From Macrostomum hystrix (taxonomy: Eukaryota > Animalia > Platyhelminthes): 64,000 nucleotides of DNA. The translations under genes were made by a program, and so were the position numbers. The notes beneath the pieces are model-generated. The model was not told the origin of the DNA. It worked only from the letters and a program-made list of their open reading frames with translations, and ran no database searches. Of the stretch, positions 1-11,931 are shown one piece after another. The first letter of the stretch is position 1; each line of letters begins with the position of its first letter. The stretch is from positions 26,722,001-26,786,000 of the forward strand of contig CATNEN010000038.1 of NCBI GenBank assembly GCA_950097015.1. Direction: 5' to 3'.

Positions 1-520
1 ATACGGGTCTCTTCTAAAATGCGGCGCAAAGCGAGAATCTGATTCACCGTGCCCCTACCTGGCCGGAAGCCGTTTTGCTCTCGCCGGAGGAACGGGTCCA
101 ACACAGGTTGCAGCCGCGTCAGCAGTACCCTGTTGTACAGCTTCGCGGCGCAGGACATTAGGGATATTCAGCGATGTTCTTCGACCTTGACAGTTCCGGC
201 TTCTTTGGGATCCCGACGATGTGCGCCGTCCGCCATTAAGCGGGGGCGGGACCTCCCGCCAGCACGCAGTTCATCACTTGCGTGACTTCTTGCGCCACCA
301 GCGGGAGGCGCAACACTTCGACAGGCACGTCGTCAGGTCCGGTGGTTTTGCCGCCCGGTGTCTTTTTAGCGAGCAGAAGCACCTCGTCAATGGTGATAGG
401 ACTGGTGTTGAAGGAGCTTTCTTCTGGCAGTGCGACCTCCGCGGGCAGTGACATGTCGTCTCTTGGCGGCGGCGGAGACGCGTTAACGATGCCAGAGAAA
501 AGGGCTCTCAGTTGGACTAA
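1..520 (-). mobile_element. Degraded non-LTR retrotransposon RT fragment (RTE-like), running off the window edge
   Basis: Minus-strand translation reads PITIDEV...KTTGPDDVPVEVL...A*WRTAHIVGIPKKP, then after a frameshift GTVKVEEHR*ISLMSCAAKLYNRVLLTRL...EQNGFRPGRGTVNQILALRRILEE. These are typical N-terminal non-LTR RT motifs, with two in-frame stops and a frameshift. Confidence 0.85.
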
Positions 521-945
521 CCCTGTCTCATTGGACTGCAAACCAAATCAACAGGTGTCATACCAGACTAAAAACCTTCAGTAGGTGTTTCACAGGTAAA
601 AAACCCGTCAACAGGTATCTCACTAAGCATGTTCACAAATAAAATTTAGTCGCATTATTTTCAGCTTAAAACTCCGCTTAAGTTATACTTTCTACTTTTA
701 GTAGTAATTAATAAGGCAATTATTTTCCTTACTTGTACCGAATAGTCTATGTATTTATTTGGAAACGATTTGAGAAATGAGATGAAAACTAATGAGAGAC
801 AACAATTTTGGACCTAAAATGAGCCGTTTTGCAGACTATTATTTTTAGTGACCGTTGTTTAATTTATAATGTTTATTCCATGCATGCTACTCAAAGTACG
901 GTAGTATCGATAATTTACGAGTAATGTTCGTTCTATGTAACACTG

Positions 946-1265
946 TCAGGCAGTCCTGGGCGGCGGGGCCCTCAGCAACAGGCGCCGCAATAGTTGCGCT
1001 GCAGCCAAGCGGTACCTGTCGCAGGCAAAACAGTAGATGAAGAGGTTGCAGACACTGTCAAGCGCCACCAGCATGCCAGCTATCCGGCTATAGATGGCAG
1101 CCACATGCCGCAGCCTGGCGCTGGGCCGAGCTGGGATCAGGCAGAATGAGATGCCCAGAGCAAGTGGCAGCTCCAGGGTGACGAACACCACCGCCAGAGC
1201 GAGCACCGTGCGAGTAACCGTGCCCGTCACCTCAGCACGGCGTCTGTGGCTGCGGGGCGAATGAG
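946..1265 (-). CDS. Rhodopsin-class GPCR, last exon (TM6-TM7-helix 8)
   Basis: VTRTVLALAVVFVTLELP (TM6) and LVALDSVCNLFIYCFACDRYR (TM7, NxFIYC motif of FMRFamide/SPR-like peptide receptors). The acceptor position is uncertain, within about 1230-1265. Confidence 0.7.
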
Positions 1266-1284
1266 CTTTTAAGTTTATTAGTTG

Positions 1285-2030
1285 CTGAGCTTATGAGTTC
1301 ATGAGTTTTATAAGTTCTTGAGTTTATGATTTCTTGAGTTCATGATTTTTTGAGTTCATTAGTTGAGTTCATGACTTGAGTTCATTAGTTGAGTTCATTA
1401 ATTGAGTTCATGAGTTGAGTTCATTAGTTGAGTTCATGAGTTGAGTTCATTAGTTGAGTTCATGAGTTGAGTTCATGAGTTGAGTTCATTAGTTGAGTTC
1501 ATGAGTTGAGTTCATTAGTTGAGTTCATGAGTTGAGTTCATTAGTTGAGTTCATGAGTTGAGTTCATGAGTTGAGTTCATGAGTTGAGTTCATGAGTTGA
1601 GTTCATGAGTTGAGTTCATTAGTTGAGTTCATTAGTTGAGTTCATTAGTTGAGTTCATGAGTTGAGTTCATTAGTTGAGTTCATTAATTGAGTTCATGAG
1701 TTGAGTTCATTAGTTGAGTTCATGAGTTGAGTTCATTAGTTGAGTTCATTAGTTGAGTTCATTAGTTGAGTTCATGAGTTGAGTTCATTAGTTGAGTTCA
1801 TGAGTTGAGTTCATTAGTTGAGTTCATTAGTTGAGTTCATTAGTTGAGTTCATGAGTTGAGTTCATTAGTTGAGTTCATTAGTTGAGTTCATTAGTTGAG
1901 TTCATGAGTTGAGTTCATTAGTTGAGTTCATGAGTTGAGTTCATTAGTTGAGTTCATTAGTTGAGTTCATTAGTTGAGTTCTTTAGTTGAGTTCATTAAT
2001 TGAGCTCATGAGCTGAGTTGATGAGTGAGA
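1285..2030. repeat. 13-bp minisatellite (GAGTTCATTAGTT / GAGTTCATGAGTT)
   Basis: Direct tandem units with degenerate edges, lying between the GPCR TM5 and TM6 exons. Confidence 0.95.
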
Positions 2031-2043
2031 TTGATGCATCAAC

Positions 2044-2257
2044 TGTCAGCCAGTCCAGTCCAGCCCAGTTGAAGTCGACGCCAGCGACGCACTAGTCGGA
2101 CGGTGAGGCAGCAGAAGGTGGACACGAGCAGCACCGGAGCAGCGGACTGGGCCAGCAACAGGTAGGCCTCCAGCAGATCCAGGCCTGTGGAACCGGTGTG
2201 ACCCGCCCAGACTCGCACACGAATTGGACGTCCGCCGCAGAGGGTCAGTTCCAGTTG
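2044..2257 (-). CDS. GPCR exon (ECL2-TM5)
   Basis: A frame not listed in the ORF track reads QLELTLCGGRPIRVRVWAGHTGSTGLDLLEAYLLLAQSAAPVLLVSTFCCLTVRLVRRWRRL, a TM5 helix with Pro followed by a basic ICL3. It is bounded by TGA codons and the splice sites are weak. Confidence 0.55.
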
Positions 2258-2374
2258 TCAGAAATTGAAACACTTTGAGGCCTTTTGATAGGCCGATAAT
2301 GGATACTTATTTGTTCTATTGGGTCACAGCTCAGTCTGCTGAAACTTCAATGTCATCCACTTTAACTACAGGTC

Positions 2375-3153
2375 GTTGAATAATCCACAATCAGTTTCCA
2401 GGTGTTTCAATGACCCACAATCAGTCTCCAGGTGTTTCGATGACCCACAATCAGTCTCCAGGTGTTTCAATGACCCACAATCAGTCTCCAGGTGTTTCAA
2501 TGACCCACAATCAGTCTCCAGGTGTTTCAATGACCCACAATCAGTCTCCAGGTGTTTCAATGACCCACAATCAGTCTCCAGGTGTTTCAATGACCTACAA
2601 TCAGTCTCCAGGTGAGTCAATGACCCACAATCAGTCTCCAGGTGTTTCAATGACCCACAATCAGTCTCCAGGTGACTCAATGACCCACAATCAGTCTCCA
2701 GGTGTTTCAATGACCCACAATCAGTCTCCAGGTGTTTCAATGACCCACAATCAGTCTCCAGGTGTTTCAATGACCCACAATCAGTCTCCAGATGACTCAA
2801 TGACCCACAATCAGTCTCCATGTGAGTCAATGACCCACAATCAGTCTCCAGGTGTTTCAATGACCCACAATCAGTCTTCAGGTGTTTCAATGACCCACAA
2901 TCAGTCTCCAGGTGTTTCAATGACCTACAATCAGTCTCCAGGTGAGTCAATGACCCACAATCAGTCTCCAGGTGTTTCAATAACCCACAATCAGTCTCCA
3001 GGTGACTCAATGACCCACAATCAGTCTCCAGGTGTTTCAATGACCCACAATCAGTCTCCAGGTGTTTCAATGACCCACAATCAGTCTCCAGGTGTTTCAA
3101 TGACCCACAATCAGTCTTCCGGTGAGTCAATGACCCACAATCAGTGTCCAGGT
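2375..3153. repeat. 30-bp minisatellite (GGTGTTTCAATGACCCACAATCAGTCTCCA)
   Basis: About 25 near-perfect tandem copies in a GPCR intron. Confidence 0.97.
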
Positions 3154-3194
3154 ACTAAATTATTAATGCAATAAAGACATTCCATGTACATCAC

Positions 3195-3450
3195 CTTCTA
3201 GATCAAAGACTGCAATCAGTCCAACGGCTTCGATCGCGAAGATCGTCAGCAGGGCGGCGAAGATTGCTCGCGGTCGTCGTTCAATCAGGCGGGCACCTCC
3301 GATCGGGCCGGCCGCCGATGTCTCCCGCATCGGAGCCCTTATAGCCATGTACCTGGCGCAGCTGATCACAGCCACCCACCAGTTTCGCATGGATAGAAAT
3401 GCGTGCCCGCCGATAGCCGAGACAGCCTTTGTCGGCAGGATTTTCAAGTA
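3195..3450 (-). CDS. GPCR exon (TM3-TM4)
   Basis: tag|TAC acceptor. YLKILPTKAVSAIGGHAFLSMRNWWVAVISCARYMAIRAPMR has a DRY-like ARY...AI..P motif, followed by hydrophobic TM4 AIFAALLTIFAIEAVGLIAVF. Candidate donor G|GTGAT. Confidence 0.7.
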
Positions 3451-3543
3451 CTACGAGTAGCTCGCATTAAAACTTTTCGAATCCGCTTCCAAGGCAGCAA
3501 TTGAAAGCAGGAATTGTTTGCTTGCAGTTTGAGCTTGGGTAGG

Positions 3544-3675
3544 GGTTGTAGCCTAGTGGTTGGGGCGTCGGACTCACGACTCGAAGGTCTGGGGTTCGAT
3601 TCCCGAATCGAGTATGGGTAATTGAAGGTGGGTATGGCGTCCCACCAGTCCATGCACTGTACAGCCGTACGCAGT
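3544..3675 (+). mobile_element. tRNA-derived SINE, internally deleted copy (head and tail, no central domain)
   Basis: A box TAGCCTAGTGG and B box GGTTCGATTCC. The tail AATTGAAGGTGGGTATGGCGTCCCACCAGTCCATGCACTG...CGTACGCAG matches the copies at 5006 and 58177. Confidence 0.8.
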
Positions 3676-4075
3676 TAAAATTTGGGCAGTTGTAATCAAT
3701 CACAATAGTTTGAGTAGCTATTGTAGTTGTTGCTTTGATCACAGCTGTATTGCTTAGCAACAGATTGATTACCGGCTCCAATTAATTTTTTTGTTGGTTG
3801 TTGTCTGTACTTGTTATTACTACCCCCTTCTCTCTAAGTTTGTTTACGCTCGCGCGCCCTTTCATTGTACTTTTTACTCTCTCCCTCATCAGTAGTTTAA
3901 CCTACTATCTAACCTACACTTCTCTTTCCTTTCCCTCGTCTCTGATTGGCTAGCTGCTCGTGTCTCTTTCCTCAACCCCTTATTTTCAACTCTTACCATC
4001 TGGCCCGTCCTAACTCGTGTTACCCTTCTGCCCTCTCCTTATCTATTGGCTAATACTATATTCTATAATCTATAA

Positions 4076-4798
4076 CAGGGGTAGGCAAACTTATTTGCTG
4101 GCGGGCCAAAGAGAGAACCTAAAAGACGACAACGGGCCGCATTGACTGTATAAATATGAGATAGGGGAGAGATGAGACACGGGAGAGATAAGACACGGGA
4201 GAGATACGACAGGGGAGAGATTAGACACGGGAGAGATAAGACAGGGGAGAGATTAGACACGGGAGAGATTAGACCCGGGAGAGATTAGACACGGGAGAGA
4301 TAAGACAGGGGAGAGATTAGACACGGGAGAGATAAGACACGGGAGAGATTAGACCCGGGAGAGATTAGACACGGGAGAGATTAGACCCGGGAGAGATTAG
4401 ACACGGGAGAGATAAGACACGGGAGAGATTAGACCCGGGAGAGATTAGACACGGGAGAGATTAGACACGGGAGAGATTAGACACGGGAGAGATACGACAG
4501 GGGAGAGATTAGACACGGGAGAGATAAGACAGGGGAGAGATTAGACACGGGAGAGATGAGACACAGGAGAGATTAGACAGGGGAGAGATTAGACACGGGA
4601 GAGATAAGACACGGGAGAGATAAGACACGAGAGCGATGAGACACGGGAGAGATTAGGCACAAGAGCGATGAGACACAGGAGAGATTAGACACGAGAGAGA
4701 TGAAACAGGACACTGTAGATGTCAGAAGGGGCAACGGGCCGGATTTGGGAGCTTCGAGGGCCGCATCTGGCCCGCGGGCCGGAGTTTGCCGACCCCTG
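4076..4798. mobile_element. Non-autonomous hAT (Charlie-like) MITE with an internal 16-bp minisatellite
   Basis: TIRs CAGGGGTAGGCAAACT / AGTTTGCCGACCCCTG (15 of 16 match). Perfect 8-bp TSD ATCTATAA at 4068-4075 and 4799-4806. Subterminal GGGCC motifs. The interior (about 4158-4710) is a GGGAGAGATTAGACAC array. Confidence 0.9.
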
Positions 4799-5005
4799 AT
4801 CTATAATATAATATTCTCGGCCTAGGCTCTCTTTCTTTCTAGAAGTTACTACAGTAGAAGTTTTTAGTGCAGTTAGCCGTTGTCGTTTCCTATAGAAAAA
4901 CTACATGTCTTGCTAAATTAGGCTTTTTACCCACTTCTCTACGAGTGCTACGGGTGCGTCCTACTAACAAAGCTATTCTTAGCTAATTCTTAGCTAAGAA
5001 TAACA

Positions 5006-5231
5006 GGCTGCGTACGGCTGTTCAGTCCATGGACTGGGGCGACGCCACACCCACCCTCAATTACCCCAGCTAATGCTGTTACACATTCAACAAGCTTGGT
5101 TAACTGAAGCAATGCAGAATTAAGTGTCTTGCTAAAGCAGCTAAAGGACACAAATTGTTCCAGTGGAGTCGGGAATCGAACCCCCGACCTTCAAGTCGTG
5201 AGTCGGATTCTCTAACCACAATGCTACAACC
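5006..5231 (-). mobile_element. tRNA-derived CORE-like SINE
   Basis: Closely matches the 58177-58390 copy: tRNA head with B box, central GCAAGACACTTAA...TTGCTTCAGTT domain and CAGTCCATGGACTG tail palindrome. Confidence 0.85.
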
Positions 5232-5559
5232 TCTTTGTAGCATTGTGGCATCCTACACAGTGCATTACACATCTCAGGATTGCATTGCAATCATGCACTT
5301 TTTGTTTTTTTCAATCATATTTTTAGGCAATACTTTTGGGAGACAAAAAACAGACCAGCCTGAGTCCACTGCAGCTGCCTAATCTTTGGGGAAAATACAT
5401 CAGTATTCGACAGAAAAGCATTTCTTATATCAGTCATTCTTTCACATATCATGCCTAATTTATATTCATTGAGGAGCCAAAATATTATAAAAAAAAATAG
5501 CAAAAACCTTGACATAACCATTGCATTATGTCACAAAGGCTAGGCATTTGTGTTGGTGT

Positions 5560-8500
5560 GAACTAACGGATATCTGTGAAACTAACGGATATCTATGAAA
5601 CTAACGGATATCTGTGAAACTAACGGATACCTGTGAAACTAACGGATATCTGTGAAACTAACGGATATCTGCGAAACTAACAGATATCTGTGAAACTAAC
5701 GGATATCTGTGAAACTAACTGATATCTGTGAAACTAACGGATATCTGTGAAACTAACGGATATCTGCGAAACTAACAGATATCTGTGAAACTAACGGATA
5801 TCTGTGAAACTAACTGATATCTGTGAAACTAACGGATATCTGTGAAACTAACTGATATCTGTGAAACTAATGGATATCTGTGAAACTAACGGATATCTCT
5901 GAAACTAATGGATATCTGTGAAACTAACGGATATCTGTGAAACTAACCGATATCTATGAAACTAACGGATATCTGTGAAACTAATGGATATCTGTGAAAC
6001 TAACGGATATCTGTGAAACTAACGGATATCTGTGAAACTAACGGATATCTCTGAAACTAATGGATATCTGTGAAACTAACGGATATCTGTGAAACTAACG
6101 GATATCTATGAAACTAACGGATATCTGTGAAACTAATGGATATCTGTGAAACTAACGGATATCTATGAAACTAATGGATATCTGTGAAACTAATGGATAT
6201 CTGTGAAACTAACGGATATCTGTGAAACTAACGGATATCTGTGAAACTAACGGATATCTATGAAACTAACGGATATCTGTGAAACTAACGGATATCTGTG
6301 AAACTAACGGATATCTGTGAAACTAACGGATATCTGTGAAACTAACGAATATCTGTGAAACTAACGGATATCTGTGAAACTAACGGAAATCTGCGAAACT
6401 AACGGATATCTGTGAAACTAACGGATATCTGTGAAACTAACGGATATCTGCGAAACTAACGGATATCTGTGAAACTAACGGATATCTGTGAAACTAACGG
6501 ATATCTGTGAAACTAACGGATATCTGCGAAACTAATTGATATCTGTGAAACTAACGGATATCTGTGAAACTAATGGATATCTGTGAAACTAATGGATATC
6601 TGTGAAACTAACGGATATCTGTGAAACTAATGGATATCTGTGAAACTAATGGATATCTGTGAAACTAACTGATATCTGTGAAACTAACTGATATCTGTGA
6701 AACTAATGGATATCTGTGAAACTAATGGATATCTGTGAAACTAATGGATATCTGTGAAACTAATGGATATCTGTGAAACTAATGGATATCTGTGAAACTA
6801 ATGGATATCTGTGAAACTAATGGATATCTGTGAAACTAACTGATATCTGTGAAACTAACTGATATCTGTGAAACTAATGGATATCTGTGAAACTAATGGA
6901 TATCTGTGAAACTAATGGATATCTGTGAAACTAATGGATATCTGTGAAACTAATGGATATCTGTGAAACTAATGGATATCTGTGAAACTAATGGATATCT
7001 GTGAAACTAACGGATATCTGTGAAACTAATGGATATCTGTGAAACTAATGGATATCTGTGAAACTAACTGATATCTGTGAAACTAACTGATATCTGTGAA
7101 ACTAATGGATATCTGTGAAACTAATGGATATCTGTGAAACTAATGGATATCTGTGAAACTAATGGATATCTGTGAAACTAATGGATATCTGTGAAACTAA
7201 CGGATATCTGTGAAACTAACTGATATCTGTGAAACTAACGGATATCTGTGAAACTAATGGATATCTGTGAAACTAATGGATATCTGTGAAACTAACGGAT
7301 ATCTGTGAAACTTACGGATATCTGTGAACCTAACGAATATCTGTGAACCTAACGGATATCTGTGAAACTTACGGATATCTGTGAAACTAACGGATATCTG
7401 TGAACCTAACGGATATCTGTGAAACTAACGGATATCCGTGAAACTAACGGATATCTGTGAAACTAATGGATATCTGCGAAACTAACTGATATCTGTGAAA
7501 CTAACGGATATCTGTGAAACTAATGGATATCTGTGAAACTAATGGATATCTGTGAAACTAGCGGATGTCTGCGAAACTAACTGATATCTGTGAAACTAAT
7601 GGATATCTGTGAAACTAACGGATATCTGCGAAACTAACTGATATCTGTGAAGCTAATGGATATCTGTGAAACTAATGGATATCTGTGAAACTAACTGATA
7701 TCTGTGAAACTAACGGATATCTGTGAAACTAACTGATATCTGTGAAACTAATGGATATCTGTGAAACTAACTGATATCTGTGAAACTAATGCATATCTGT
7801 GAAACTACTGGATATCTGTGAAACTAACTGATATCTGTGAAACTAACTGATATCTGTGAAACTAACTGATATCTGTGAAACTAACTGATATCTGTGAAAC
7901 TAACTGATATCTGTGAAACTAATGGATATCTGTGAAACTAGCGGATGTCTGCGAAACTAACTGATATCTGTGAAACTAATGGATATCTGTGAAACTAACG
8001 GATATCTGCGAAACTAACTGATATCTGTGAAGCTAATGGATATCTGTGAAACTAATGGATATCTGTGAAACTAACTGATATCTGTGAAACTAACGGATAT
8101 CTGTGAAACTAACTGATATCTGTGAAACTAATGGATGTCTGTGAAACTAACCGATTTCTGTGAAACTAACGGATATCTGTGAAACTAATGGATATCTGTG
8201 AAACTAACGGATATCTGTGAAACTAACGGATATCTGTGAAACTAACTGATATCTGTGAAACTAACCGATTTCTGTGAAACTAACGGATATCTGTGAAACT
8301 AATGGATATCTGTGAAACTAACGGATATCTGTGAACCTAACGGATATCTGTGAAACTAACTGATATCTGTGAAACTAACGGATATCTGTGAAACTAACGG
8401 ATATCTGTGAAACTAACGGACATCTGTGAAACTAACGGATATCTGTGAACCTAACGGATATCTGTGAAACTAACGGATATCTGTGAACCTAACGGATATC

Positions 8501-8580
8501 TGTGAAACTAACGGATATCTGTGAACCTAACGGATATCTGTGAACCTAACGGATATCTGTGAATCTTACGGATATATGTA
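5560..8580. repeat. 19-bp minisatellite (GAAACTAACGGATATCTGT)
   Basis: About 3 kb tandem array. The variant GCGGATGTCT recurs at 7561 and 7941 (380 bp, 20 units apart). It decays into GTAACG-rich sequence up to about 8710. Confidence 0.97.
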
Positions 8581-8773
8581 AAACAGTAACGGCGGTCGTA
8601 GTAAGTAACGTATAGAAAGTAACGAAGACTTGTGAAAGTAATGTAGGCTAGTGAAGGGAATGAAAGCTTTAGGAAGTAACGAAGGCTGGTGGAATTAACG
8701 AAGGCTATATGAATTATCTAAATTAGTTTAAGTAGAGAAGATTATTGTTGGTAACTCACGGTAATGTACTAAC

Positions 8774-8839
8774 CGGCAATGTACCCAGGTTCGTGAAACC
8801 AAGAGTGGAGAAAGGTACAATCAGGTAAACGGAGTCGCT
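8774..8839 (-). CDS. GPCR exon (TM2)
   Basis: cctgttcag|AGC...CCG|gttagt. The 22 codons SDSVYLIVPFSTLGFTNLGTLP match the TM2 (S)D..YL pattern, and phase 0 joins the 3450 exon. Confidence 0.5.
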
Positions 8840-9089
8840 CTGAACAGGTTTCTAACTTTTCAGTTGGAGCTTAGACAATCCAAATTAAACTGTTTTGCTT
8901 ATTTTAGCCTGGAACAGCGCTGAGCTGTGATTGGCTAGGATTTTTCTCTGATATGATGCAGTGAAGCTTTGCCTGTTCGCCTAATCCCAATGTGTATAAA
9001 AAGTGTCACCAATTAGTTACTTTCGAGTCCATAGGCTTTGTAGTGTCTACAGTGAGTTCTGCTTGAGTCCAAATAGTGTGTCTCCTGTG

Positions 9090-10592
9090 TATCCCTTGAT
9101 GTGTCCACTGTTGTGTCTTTCAGTGAGTCCCTTGATGTCTCCACTGTTGTGTCTTTCAGTGAGTCCCTTGATGTCTCCACTGTTGTGTCTTTGAGTGAGT
9201 CACTCGATATGTCCACTGTTGTGTCTTTGAGTGAGTCCCTTGATGTGTCCACTGTTGTGTCTTTGAGTGAGTCCCTTGATATGTCCACTGTTGTGTCTTT
9301 GAGTGAGTCACTTGATATGTCCACTGTTGTGTCTTTGAGTGAGTCCCTTGATGTGTCCACTGTTGTGTCTTTGAGTGAGTCCCTTGATGTGTCCACTGTT
9401 GTGTCTTTGAGTGAGTCCCTTGATATGTCCACTGTTGTGTCTTTGAGTGAGTCCCTTGATGTGTCCACTGTTGTGTCTTTGAGTGAGTCCCTTGATATGT
9501 CCACTGTTGTGTCTTTGAGTGAGTCACTTGATATGTCCACTGTTGTGTCTTTCAGTGAGTCCCTTGATGTCTCCACTGTTGTGTCTTTCAGTGAGTCCCT
9601 TGATGTCTCCACTGTTGTGTCTTTGAGTGAGTCACTCGATATGTCCACTGTTGTGTCTTTGAGTGAGTCCCTTGATATGTCCACTGTTGTGTCTTTGAGT
9701 GAGTCACTTGATATGTCCACTGTTGTGTCTTTGAGTGAGTCCCTTGATATGTCCACTGTTGTGTCTTTGAGTGAGTCCCTTGATGTGTCCACTGTTGTGT
9801 CTTTGAGTGAGTCACTCGATATGTCCACTGTTGTGTCTTTGAGTGAGTCACTCGATATGTCCACTGTTGTGTCTTTGAGTGAGTCCCTTGATATGTCCAC
9901 TGTTGTGTCTTTGAGTGAGTCACTTGATATGTCCACTGTTGTGTCTTTGAGTGAGTCCCTTGATATGTCCACTGTTGTGTCTTTGAGTGAGTCCCTTGAT
10001 GTGTCCACTGTTGTGTCTTTGAGTGAGTCACTCGATATGTCCACTGTTGTGTCTTTGAGTGAGTCACTCGATATGTCCACTGTTGTGTCTTTGAGTGAGT
10101 CCCTTGATATGTCCACTGTTGTGTCTTTGAGTGAGTCCCTTGATATGTCCACTGTTGTGTCTTTGAGTGAGTCCCTTGATGTGTCCACTGTTGTGTCTTT
10201 GAGTGAGTCCCTTGATATGTCCACTGTTGTGTCTTTCATTGAGTCCCTTGATGTGTCCACTGTTGTGTCTTTCATTGAGTCCCTTGATATGTCCACTGTT
10301 GTGTCTTTGAGTGAGTCCCTTGATGTATCCACTGTTGTGTCTTTGAGTGAGTCCCTTGATGTGTCCACTGTTGTGTCTTTGAGTGAGTCCCTTGATATGT
10401 CCACTGTTGTGTCTTTCATTGAGTCCCTTGATGTGTCCACTGTTGTGTCTTTCATTGAGTCCCTTGATGTGTCCACTGTTGTGTCTTTGAGTGAGTCACT
10501 CGATATGTCCACTGTTGTGTCTTTCAGTGAGTCCCTTGATGTGTCCACTGTTGTGTCTTTCAGTGAGTCCCTTGATGTGTCCACTGTTGTGC
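9090..10592. repeat. 36-bp minisatellite (GTGTCCACTGTTGTGTCTTTGAGTGAGTCCCTTGAT)
   Basis: About 41 tandem copies. It explains the 528-aa and 506-aa repeat ORFs. Confidence 0.97.
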
Positions 10593-11052
10593 CATTCATT
10601 GAAATTTATGTTTACGCATGAGTGTCCAGGCGAGAGTCGGCTTTGGAAAGCTCGACTGATGGTCTAGAACGCATGCTTACATGCTTACAAGTCACTAACA
10701 AGAATTGGTCCGGTAATTCAATTTACTAACAAGCCGTGCGGTCTCGTGTTGATGTCGCCTGTGACGACCCATAGCCAGTCGTATCTATTTTTAGCAAATT
10801 CATTAAGCCACTATGCATCGCCGACTTTCCGAAACTGATCCCAAACAGATCCATAGCGTCAAATCCAAAAAATAATCCTATTTTTTGGAAACTAGCGCAG
10901 ACACATGTTTTTCATTAGCAGCCTTGATGCCTTTGTTGCTATATAAATATGCACTTTAGCAGCACGGAAAAATTCCAAAATCATGCAATCCTACAGCAAT
11001 TATTTTACACAACTTCAGGGTTCTCTTGTTCTCTGAAGTTCCTTTTTGACGT

Positions 11053-11560
11053 TTCCTGTTTCCTGACATTCCCTGGCATTTCCTGACATTCCCTGACATT
11101 CCCTGACATTTCCTGACATTCCCTGACATTCTTTGACATTCCCTGAAATTCCCTGACATTTCCTGACATTTCCTGACATTCCCTGACATTCCCTGACATT
11201 CCCTGACATTCCCTGACATTCTCTGACATTCCCTGATATTTCTTGACTTTCCATGACATTTCTTGACATTTCCTATCATTACTTGACATTTCCTGACATT
11301 AACTGACATTAACTGACATTTCTTGACATTCCCTGACATTTCTTGACATTAACGGAACTTTTTTTGACACCCCCTGACATTACTTGACATTCCCTGACAT
11401 TACTTGACATTCCCTGACATTACTTGACATTCCCTGACATTACTTGACATTCCCTGATATTACATGACACTCTCTGACATTTCTTAACATTCCCTGACAA
11501 ATCTTGGTATTCCCTGACATTTCTTGACATTCCCTGACATTTCTTTACATTCCCTGACAC
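11053..11560. repeat. 10-bp minisatellite (TTCCCTGACA) with a short inverted copy at 11638-11666
   Basis: Tandem units. The downstream TGTCAGATGATGTCAAGGAATGTCAGAGA is the reverse complement of the unit type. Confidence 0.9.
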
Positions 11561-11931
11561 TCCTGCTCCCAAATATGACTTTCTTGCTCTCTGACAGTCC
11601 TGCTGACTGAAAGCCCTTCCTCAGAAAGTGTCCAAAATGTCAGATGATGTCAAGGAATGTCAGAGACCAAGAATGTTCTAGTTTAAGAATAATAACCATG
11701 AAGTGAGTTGCGCTCAGTAATTAAAGAAATATCTATTATCTACTTGTTTATTTTTTTTTTAAAATACACAATGGGAAATAAATAACACGGACTTACAAAA
11801 ATATACAAATAGTCAGCTTCAAGCTGGTTCAAGAAGAAAATAAAGAATTAAGACTTTTCAAATTTTGTTTCGACAAGTTTCTGAGAATGATATTCAAGCA
11901 CTTTCGTCTGATTCCCCCCTGCAGAGCATTG

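Noticed and set aside
2366-3174. 254-aa repeat ORFs on both strands, and a CRISPR-like look of the 30-37 bp repeats
   Set aside because: The units are contiguous with no unique spacers, the context is eukaryotic and there are no cas genes.
3544-3610. tRNA gene
   Set aside because: The acceptor and anticodon stems are imperfect and the sequence continues into a shared SINE body. All copies are SINE heads.
9013-10621. 528-aa and 506-aa repeat ORFs
   Set aside because: They are read-throughs of a 36-bp minisatellite on both strands, with no unique domain or signal peptide.
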